Virus record (IMG/VR): IMGVR_UViG_3300035547_000249
Length of the DNA: 64,000 bases
Origin: a virus
Lineage: Duplodnaviria; Heunggongvirae; Uroviricota; Caudoviricetes
Reading direction: 5' to 3' (one strand)
A program made the translations under genes and the position numbers. Shown here piece after piece: positions 57,055 through 64,000 of the stretch. Every line of letters starts with the position of its first letter. Position 1 is the first letter of the stretch. Under the pieces are notes generated by a model. It was not told where the DNA came from and searched no databases. It saw nothing but the letters and a program-made list of their open reading frames with translations.

Positions 57055-57484
57055 AAACAACAAGTTTAACATAGCATTGGGTAGCTGTACTATAGCCAAT
57101 CAAATAGCACAGTTACTCAATCAAAACAACAAATTAAATATCATACACAGTGATAGGTCAATAATAAGTAACAACGTTAAGTATTTTGTAGAATTCAATG
57201 GTAAACAAATAATAGGTTGTGTGGGATTAATAGACTTCCATACTATTGATAAAATAGTTCATTTAAGTGTAGACAGTAAGTTTAGAAATATGGGGATAGG
57301 AAATGAATTATTAAAAACTGCTGTCAATAAATCTGATAAATTAGAATTGTTTATGCAAATAAGATCAGATAATCAAAGCAGTATGAAATTATCTATTAAA
57401 AACGGATTTATGCCCATAGCCTATATTCCAAAGAAGTTCTATAATATAATAACACTACATTTTGATAGGAGAAAAAATGTTTGA
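56996..57484 (+). CDS. GNAT-family acetyltransferase
   Basis: …IIGCVGLID… and …FRNMGIGNELL… (motif A, R/Q-x-x-G-x-G/A). The start is uncertain: the tracked ATG overlaps the upstream gene by 58 nt. Confidence 0.5.
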   Translation: MKILRLSRDLVTNSSLAANRNNKFNIALGSCTIANQIAQLLNQNNKLNIIHSDRSIISNNVKYFVEFNGKQIIGCVGLIDFHTIDKIVHLSVDSKFRNMGIGNELLKTAVNKSDKLELFMQIRSDNQSSMKLSIKNGFMPIAYIPKKFYNIITLHFDRRKNV

Positions 57485-58160
57485 TAATGTTAAAAAACTG
57501 GATTATGTTTCAGTAGAGGTCATTAAGAAGAATTCTGATAATAAACTGGATTTGAATGTTGGTCTGTTTTCAGGATATTATAGAAGAGAGTCTGATGTTA
57601 GGGTAGTAAGCCCAATTAAAAACACAGCTTTTGATAAAATTCTTTTCCTATTAGCATTGACATGTAAAAGAGATGCTATATGTTATTTTGACATGATGTC
57701 TTATACAATAGTATCTATTGAATATGTAATTGATAAGGTTAAACACATCACCGTATTTAATAAGGATAAGGAAGACCAGCTGGCTGCTTTGAGGCTGCTT
57801 GAGAGAATTACCAGATCTATGGTAGAGCATAAAATGGCTAGAGAAATTAACGGAACTCTAGGCAAGTCCATAGTCATCGAGCCAACCAAATATGAAAATT
57901 ACCCTACTGATGTTATAGACAGTGATAACAATAAAAACAATAACAACAGTGATAGTAAATCATATAGTTACAATAATAATAACAATAACAAATCATACAC
58001 ACCAAAAGAGGAAGTTACTGTTATTAATAGAAAGGGGAAATTACCGTCAAAGAAATTCTTGAATGAAATGAAGAAAAAGGTAGAATTGGTGTCAAAAGGT
58101 GAGTTAAAAGTAAAATTACCAAAAATAGAAGAAGATGAAATTGCGAAGGAGCATTACTAA
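57462..58160 (+). CDS. hypothetical protein with an Asn-rich low-complexity stretch
   Basis: ORF only; poly-N region. Confidence 0.45.
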   Translation: MIGEKMFDNVKKLDYVSVEVIKKNSDNKLDLNVGLFSGYYRRESDVRVVSPIKNTAFDKILFLLALTCKRDAICYFDMMSYTIVSIEYVIDKVKHITVFNKDKEDQLAALRLLERITRSMVEHKMAREINGTLGKSIVIEPTKYENYPTDVIDSDNNKNNNNSDSKSYSYNNNNNNKSYTPKEEVTVINRKGKLPSKKFLNEMKKKVELVSKGELKVKLPKIEEDEIAKEHY

Positions 58161-58174
58161 TATAAGGAGGTTAA

Positions 58175-59161
58175 ATGACCCCAATAGGTAATGATAATAC
58201 AAAAAATAGAATAAATATGGCAGTTAAATCTGCAATGCACAGAAATACTTGTGTTCCTCACATGCTATTATCTGGTGCTGCTGGATGTGGTAAAACCACG
58301 ACAGCTGGGTGGATTGCTGGTATAGGACAATATGATTATATTCCAGCATCTCCTCTTGAAATGAAAACAAAAAAAAGTGTTTATTCTTTGCTTGAAAAAT
58401 TAAATACGGTAGGGTATAATGAAAAAGGTGATAGAGTAGGAAAAATTAAACCCACTATCGTATTTTTTGATGAAATACATCAGATGCCAATTATAGGTCA
58501 AGAAATACTTGGATTGGCCATGGAAAGATTTATATTGGATTCTGATCTACCAAACAAAATGATATGGTTACCATATTTCACCATAATTGGTGCTACCACA
58601 GACGATGGTAAATTAACCAAACCGTTTAGAGATAGGTTTAAGATGAGGTTCATATTCGAACCTTACAAAAAAGAAGAAATATGTAAAATGGTAAGATTAC
58701 ATGCTTACAAAAACAAGATACAAATAAATGATGAAGGTATCTTCAGTATAGCTAAAAGGAGTAGAGGGGTTCCTAGAGTAATGGTTAGTTACTTAGAAAA
58801 TATAAGGGATTTCATGATAAACTCTGGAAGTTGTATAATAACAGAAAAAATAGCAGAAGAAGCGTTTAAAATTATGGGCATAGATGACACAGGACTAACC
58901 AACGTGGAAATAAAAATATTAAAAACACTTATGAATAGTAAAGGTCCGATAGGGTTGGATAATTTGTCTATAGTAACAAATGAGTCTCCAAAAGCTATTA
59001 CACAGTCAATAGAGCCGTTTTTGATAAGAAGGGGTCTAATACTGAGAACTGGTAAAGGTAGGGAGTTAACAGAGGATGGAAGAAGATATTTGGAAGATAG
59101 AAATCATGTGAGCAATAACTCCGATAAAAAGTTTATAGATGCAAATTATACAAGAGGGTAA
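58175..59161 (+). CDS. RuvB-like AAA+ ATPase
   Basis: Walker A …LLSGAAGCGKTTTA…; Walker B …IVFFDEIH…; C-terminal winged helix …EPFLIRRGLILRTGKGRELT… parallels RuvB …EPYLIQQGF(L/I)xRTPRGR…. RBS AAGGAGG. Confidence 0.55.
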   Translation: MTPIGNDNTKNRINMAVKSAMHRNTCVPHMLLSGAAGCGKTTTAGWIAGIGQYDYIPASPLEMKTKKSVYSLLEKLNTVGYNEKGDRVGKIKPTIVFFDEIHQMPIIGQEILGLAMERFILDSDLPNKMIWLPYFTIIGATTDDGKLTKPFRDRFKMRFIFEPYKKEEICKMVRLHAYKNKIQINDEGIFSIAKRSRGVPRVMVSYLENIRDFMINSGSCIITEKIAEEAFKIMGIDDTGLTNVEIKILKTLMNSKGPIGLDNLSIVTNESPKAITQSIEPFLIRRGLILRTGKGRELTEDGRRYLEDRNHVSNNSDKKFIDANYTRG

Positions 59162-59162
59162 T

Positions 59163-59960
59163 ATGAAAAAAGATTTATACGATGTAGTAGACATCAAAGA
59201 AGTAAAAAAGGACAATAATAAGTCGAATTACCCAAAACATTTGCTAGGAGAAAGTGCAAAAGAAGCACAAGAAACATTTGAAGAGTTTAAGGGTATGATT
59301 AACAATATGGTTAGATCATACTCAAAAGCGACAGGAGTTCATAGAGAAGATTTATTTAATGAATGTATTTTTGCGTTAGCAAAGGCAAAGAGGGACTATG
59401 ATAAAAGCAAAGGTAATTCATTAAAAACTTATGCCAAATATAGTATGGTAGACGCTATATGTGATTATATAAGAAAGAATGTATCACAAGTAAATATACC
59501 GTCTTATATAAATAAGGCTCATAGGTTAATTAATAGAATAAAATTTATCACCAAAAATAGAGAAGATTGGTTAGATTTTATTCTAAATAATGAAATTAAA
59601 AATGATGAATTGAATAATTGCATAAATTCTCTAAAAAATATGTCAATTAGGTGTGGTATAAGCTGCAAAGATCTGGTTGAAAGATCTGAGTTCATGCCCA
59701 CCCACTTGAATGAATGTGATGTAGACAGTATAGAATCAGATAGAAGTAATGTAATCACGAAAATACTAGTAAATGATATTCTATCTAACTTATCTGATGA
59801 GGAAAAATTAGTATCAAAAATGATCATGGAGGATATGAACTATACAGAAATGGCAAGAAAATTAAATAAATCTGATTCATATATTAAATCTAAAGTGAAC
59901 TCAATTAGGGATAAAGCAATAAAAATAATTAAAAAGGATATTGTGAATGAATTCGATTGA
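59163..59960 (+). CDS. sigma-70-family sigma factor
   Basis: Region 2-like …LKTYAKYSMVDAICDYIRKN… and region 4.2 HTH-like …YTEMARKLNKSDSYIKSKVNSIRDKAIK…. Start taken at ATG 59163 after GAGGGTAAT. Confidence 0.6.
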   Translation: MKKDLYDVVDIKEVKKDNNKSNYPKHLLGESAKEAQETFEEFKGMINNMVRSYSKATGVHREDLFNECIFALAKAKRDYDKSKGNSLKTYAKYSMVDAICDYIRKNVSQVNIPSYINKAHRLINRIKFITKNREDWLDFILNNEIKNDELNNCINSLKNMSIRCGISCKDLVERSEFMPTHLNECDVDSIESDRSNVITKILVNDILSNLSDEEKLVSKMIMEDMNYTEMARKLNKSDSYIKSKVNSIRDKAIKIIKKDIVNEFD

Positions 59961-61347
59961 GATACTGAAAAAATTAGAAAAAGACACTAAGAAAAAATAC
60001 GGAACTGAGGTTTTTATAACTGGAGGTTTTGTAAGAGATTTTCTTAGAAAAAAGAAAAATAATGATTTAGATGTTATAGTTAGGTTTATGCCTATGGACA
60101 AAGTTGAAAACTTTTTGTCTAAATATGGAAAAACCAAATCTATTAGCATACATAAAAACAATCCTATAGATATAATCATATTTCAATCTCCAACTGATGA
60201 TTTTGAAGTTCAGGTCATGCCGCCAAAAGGAAGAAAGAAAGGGCAAGACTCTGTTTTAAATACTCTAAAACAAGACAGTAAAGAAAGGGATTTTACAATA
60301 AACTCTATGTATGTTTCAGTGAACAACATATCTTACAAGAGCGTTATTGATTATTGGGGAGGAAAAGATAGTATAAAAAGTAGAATAATAATTACTGTTG
60401 GTAATCCAAACACTGTTATTAAGAAATCCCCAATAAGGATGCTAAGAGCTTTTTCTTTAGCAAGCAGAATTAGATATACTATATCTAAGGAGTTGTTTGA
60501 TTCTATAAAAAAGAATAAAGAACTCATAAGGAATTCATCGTTTGATGAAATCAGAAATGAATTTGTGGAGATTTTGTTATCTAAAGAGCCTTCCAAATAT
60601 ATAAAACTTATGCAAAAATCTGGGTTGTTGAAAATTATAATTCCAGAATTGGAAGACTGTGTAAAATGTTCCCAAGATAACAGATTTCATAAATATTCTG
60701 TGTTTAATCACTTAGTATATACATGTGATAATACAGAACCTGATGTAGTAATGAGGCTTGCTGGTCTATTTCATGATATAGGAAAGCCAGTTATAAAAGG
60801 TCACAAAGGAAACAAAATGACTTTTCATAAACATGAAGTTGTTGGAGCTAGAATTGCAGCTGTAATTATGAAAAGGCTTAGATTTAGTAATGAAATAATC
60901 TCCAAAGTCACCCACCTAATCAGAATGCATATGTATCATTACACAAGGGAGTATTCTGATGCCGGTGTTAGAAGATTTATTAATTCTTCTGGTGTCACTA
61001 AACAAGATTTGGACAATTTGAGTGAATTTCCACTATTCAAACTTAGAGTAGCAGATCGTCTTGGAAACGGTTATAAAAGTAAACCAGTAACAGCAAGACA
61101 GATTGATTTTGAAGAAAGGATAAAAAGAGTATACATTGAAAGTAATGGCCTAACGTTATCAGATCTTGCTGTTGATGGAAATGACATAATGACTACATTT
61201 TCAATTAAACCTTCAAAAAAGGTCGGCAACATACTCAAATATTTACTTGAACGTGTAATGGAAAATCCAAAACTTAATAACAGAAACGATTTATTACACT
61301 TAACGTTAGATTTGTTGGAGAAAGAAAGTGGTGATGAAAACAAATGA
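59947..61347 (+). CDS. cca: CCA-adding enzyme / tRNA nucleotidyltransferase with a C-terminal HD domain
   Basis: Head motif …VFITGGFVRDFLRKKKNNDLDVIV…; HD motif …GLFHDIGKP…. Confidence 0.7.
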   Translation: MNSIEILKKLEKDTKKKYGTEVFITGGFVRDFLRKKKNNDLDVIVRFMPMDKVENFLSKYGKTKSISIHKNNPIDIIIFQSPTDDFEVQVMPPKGRKKGQDSVLNTLKQDSKERDFTINSMYVSVNNISYKSVIDYWGGKDSIKSRIIITVGNPNTVIKKSPIRMLRAFSLASRIRYTISKELFDSIKKNKELIRNSSFDEIRNEFVEILLSKEPSKYIKLMQKSGLLKIIIPELEDCVKCSQDNRFHKYSVFNHLVYTCDNTEPDVVMRLAGLFHDIGKPVIKGHKGNKMTFHKHEVVGARIAAVIMKRLRFSNEIISKVTHLIRMHMYHYTREYSDAGVRRFINSSGVTKQDLDNLSEFPLFKLRVADRLGNGYKSKPVTARQIDFEERIKRVYIESNGLTLSDLAVDGNDIMTTFSIKPSKKVGNILKYLLERVMENPKLNNRNDLLHLTLDLLEKESGDENK

Positions 61348-61349
61348 AG

Positions 61350-62170
61350 AATCAAAAATGGTTTTTGTGGAGGGTTTGGGAGTTGGTAGTAACAAGAACT
61401 GATATCGTGTGACGTTTTACGGTATTAGTCTTTATATAGTGTGTTAAGTTTCATAATAAAGACATTAAAAAGTATCATCAAATATACTTCTTGGCTCATG
61501 CCAATAAAATGGAGTATGATGAAGAACATAATGTAAATTATTATGTAAAACAGCTTCAAAGCATATACCAGGTGTTGATGCAACAATGTTTAATGTTTAT
61601 CCGGCTAGGAATTATTCTTTAGTTCGCGGGGTGGATTGGATTATATCGCTCCGATATAATTTAATGAAAACTGCGTGGGTCTTGAAATTGAACATTGTGA
61701 AATATGGTTCGAATCCATTTTGAAGTAAAATAATACACACAAAGAGGAATAGCGGTCATCCTGTTATTCCTCAAAAGTATCTCACATCTAATTTTATAAT
61801 CAATAGCCTACACCGAAAGATCTCGCAAACGAGTAGCACTATGTGAAAGTAACCGACATCGAATAAGTAAAAGTGCGTTATTATACTAGTTAGAGAGAGC
61901 TTAAGAACGAGTGGGTAGGTGGGTGGGAAAGTGCCGTTGTATGAGATATTATACATTCGGCACAAAAGACCTCTACATAGGGTAGAGTGATTATACATAC
62001 ATTACTTCTCCTTTTAAAGTGTATGGGTAGGATGCTTTTCACGATTTAGTATCCTACCAAAAGATAAAAAAATGGGGCCACAACATAAAAACAATCAAAA
62101 ATACTGTTTATGGGAGTTATAATGTTGTCTCCCTTAAAGGCCCCAACAAAAATATAAAATGTAGGAGTGG
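61350..62170 (+). other. 820-bp non-coding, highly structured region (several strong hairpins and a T-loop-like GGTTCGAATCC); candidate ncRNA or regulatory hub
   Basis: No ORF with an RBS. Perfect stems include AGGAATA/TATTCCT (61749-61775), GGTAGGAT/ATCCTACC (62018-62050) and nested GGGGCC…GGGAG/CTCCC…GGCCCC (62075-62150). Confidence 0.45.
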
Positions 62171-62174
62171 TATT

Positions 62175-62516
62175 ATGTTATATGAATATATGTTTGAAAA
62201 CGAAGATTTTTTCGATGATGAAGAACACCAAGAATCTTTTGATGACAACGAAAAATATCAAATAGATGAAAATAATGAAATTGATTACCCAGACGATATC
62301 GATCCATTTATAATAGGTGGTATTGTTGGTGGTATGATAAGCGACGAGCTACAAGACAATATTCCAAAAAGAAAAAGTATTTCTCTAAAGGAAGAAAGAG
62401 ATATATTGGAAGAAAAAAATGTAAATTCCAATAGAAGCAAGAAACTAAGACCTTTTGAACAATATGTTAAAGATGTAACATCTGGAAAAGTGAAATTGGA
62501 TAAACCGTATGATTAG
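62175..62516 (+). CDS. hypothetical acidic protein
   Basis: RBS GTAGGAG. Confidence 0.45.
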   Translation: MLYEYMFENEDFFDDEEHQESFDDNEKYQIDENNEIDYPDDIDPFIIGGIVGGMISDELQDNIPKRKSISLKEERDILEEKNVNSNRSKKLRPFEQYVKDVTSGKVKLDKPYD

Positions 62517-63261
62517 CATATATGGTAGACCAGGCTCACACGCAGTAAAAGAAATAGTAAAAGGCACAAGTCTGGTTAGATACAGAAAAGAGTGTACAAC
62601 TGTTGTAAATTACGGACTTGCTGGAAAAAGATTGGATTTTTTCAGAAAAAAATTTCCTAGTTCTATAAATAAACCAACAATTAATAGAAATATAGGAATA
62701 TCAAAATATAAAATGGTGAAGAGTGTAGAATCTATTGGATTACCTGTTCCAGATTCATATATAAAATTGCCAAACAGTCTTGATTATAATGAGTTCATAA
62801 TAAAGAAATTTAATTCTCAAGGCGGAAAAGGTATTAAGTATGCAACCAAAAGATCTCAAACAACAGGCTATTATTACCAGAGGTTCATAAATGAAAGACA
62901 ATACGAGTTAAGAGTACATGCTTTCTCATGGATAAGTGAAGATGGTTGGTTAGTACAAAAAAGGATTGGTGATAGAGATAAAATAGCGTGGAATTTTTCT
63001 GAGGGCGGAAAATTTTATACTATAACCAACAAAAAAACAAAGATTATAAAAGAAGCTATAAATATAACAGCAAAAGTATTAAAAAAGATGGATATGGGGT
63101 TTGGAGCTGCTGATTTTATATTGGACAACAATAACAGATTGTTTTTTATAGAAATTAATTCCGCTCCAGGATTTGAAAACTTAAGCAGACCTTATTACAT
63201 AGATGTGTTTAATCACCTGTGTAAACTTGATAAAAATAAGGTCCTATTTTATGCGACATAA
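62509..63261 (+). CDS. ATP-grasp ligase (second copy)
   Basis: …KFNSQGGKGIKY… and C-terminal …GFGAADFILDNNNRLFFIEINSAPGFENL…. Confidence 0.6.
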   Translation: MISIYGRPGSHAVKEIVKGTSLVRYRKECTTVVNYGLAGKRLDFFRKKFPSSINKPTINRNIGISKYKMVKSVESIGLPVPDSYIKLPNSLDYNEFIIKKFNSQGGKGIKYATKRSQTTGYYYQRFINERQYELRVHAFSWISEDGWLVQKRIGDRDKIAWNFSEGGKFYTITNKKTKIIKEAINITAKVLKKMDMGFGAADFILDNNNRLFFIEINSAPGFENLSRPYYIDVFNHLCKLDKNKVLFYAT

Positions 63262-63278
63262 TCGCACAGGAGTGTTAA

Positions 63279-64000
63279 ATGGATAAAAAAGATGAAAAAA
63301 TGATAATCGGGGCTCCGAGAAAAGGTAGCACATACAAAGCCTCTTTCGGCATGGCATTTGTGTCTGAAAGAAATGTTCAAGTTTGTGGTAGTACTAGCTG
63401 TAGAGACTATCTACATGACACCATTAGAACCTTTCTAAACAACAAAACAAGGACTGGTGCAGATGGACACCCATATTACCCAAAATTGGGTGATCCAGAC
63501 CTTTGTATGGATAAGTTGAGACTCCTTATTGAAATAGGCTCCAAGGAAAAAGATTCAGAAAAAAGAATGAACAGAGCTCTGAAGATGATTAACATCTTAG
63601 AGGATCTTGGAGAAATTCAAAAAACGACCATGTCAGTTGTAGATTTGGAAAAAATGCAAAACAAAAAAGGCATAAATTTTCTATTCGAAGGAAGTAAGGA
63701 GTATATGTACAATCCTCATCTACTTTCTTTATTGACTTTGATTATTAGGTTTATGTACCACAACAATATAGAGGTTACTGATGAAAACTCACTGTTCAAC
63801 TCCCACATTAATGCTGGTAAGGACAAATTGTTAATGGAGAGTTGTCATGATATTATCCATTTAATACTTAAAAACAGAAAAGAATTATTTAAAGATGTAG
63901 AAGTAAAAGATTTATTTCCTACCAGTATTGGATACTCTTTTCATTCTCAAGGCGGAATTCAGTCACTTTGTAGTATGAAAACGCCAAATACGGTTGTAAA
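63279..64000 (+). CDS. hypothetical protein (3'-partial at the window edge)
   Basis: RBS CAGGAG; the ORF continues past the window. Confidence 0.45.
   Translation, partial: MDKKDEKMIIGAPRKGSTYKASFGMAFVSERNVQVCGSTSCRDYLHDTIRTFLNNKTRTGADGHPYYPKLGDPDLCMDKLRLLIEIGSKEKDSEKRMNRALKMINILEDLGEIQKTTMSVVDLEKMQNKKGINFLFEGSKEYMYNPHLLSLLTLIIRFMYHNNIEVTDENSLFNSHINAGKDKLLMESCHDIIHLILKNRKELFKDVEVKDLFPTSIGYSFHSQGGIQSLCSMKTPNTVV

Noticed and set aside
61690-61735. tRNA gene around the GGTTCGAATCC T-loop-like sequence
   Set aside because: No complementary acceptor-stem 5' strand or D arm could be found upstream. It may be a tRNA-fragment remnant (attP-like) but is not a gene.
1-64000. All minus-strand ORFs in the six-frame track (for example 387..593, 5796..6134, 11006..11324, 53396..54333)
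   Set aside because: Every one lies antisense to a longer plus-strand ORF with an RBS. They lack upstream Shine-Dalgarno sites and are the expected shadow ORFs of an AT-rich, stop-poor antisense strand. The genome is evidently transcribed on one strand only.

Overview
This is an AT-rich (about 30% GC), densely packed, entirely plus-strand coding window with strong Shine-Dalgarno sites. It looks like the early and accessory region of a large bacteriophage, probably one infecting a low-GC Gram-positive host; I cannot identify the host. No capsid, portal, terminase or tail genes are recognisable. What the window contains instead is:

- **Leading non-coding region:** about 1.5 kb holding three distinct tandem-repeat arrays, including a 23-bp repeat in about 20 copies.
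- **NS[IV]W gene family:** two arrays (about 2.7-9.4 kb and 21.9-25.1 kb) of 13 small paralogous genes whose products all end in the C-terminal tetrapeptide N-S-[I/V]-W. A 14th array member, 3825..4211, has lost the terminal Trp.
- **tRNA-like gene plus radical-SAM genes:** a non-canonical tRNA-like gene with perfect acceptor, D and T arms but a roughly 140-nt insertion, followed directly by four radical-SAM genes, one of them RlmN/Cfr-like.
- **RNA repair and surveillance set:** a T4 RnlA-like RNA ligase, an HD + P-loop kinase, a metallophosphoesterase, two pol-beta-type nucleotidyltransferases, a CCA-adding enzyme and a Ro60/Rsr TROVE-vWA protein.
- **Transcription and DNA enzymes:** a single-chain RNA polymerase that carries both the beta (HGNKGV) and beta-prime (DFDGD) catalytic motifs, a sigma-70-family factor, a RuvB-like AAA+ protein and an SF2 helicase.
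- **Amide-bond-forming cluster (most striking):** a very large set of enzymes predicted to build a peptide or gamma-glutamyl-type conjugate. It comprises four glutamine-synthetase-fold amidoligase paralogues (one with a Cys-rich N-terminus), two class-II and two class-I glutamine amidotransferases, two RimK-like ATP-grasp ligases, a gamma-glutamyl-cyclotransferase-like protein, a GNAT acetyltransferase and an SPFH protein.

The substrate and product of this predicted pathway are unknown. I could run no homology searches; every functional call is from motif recognition by eye.
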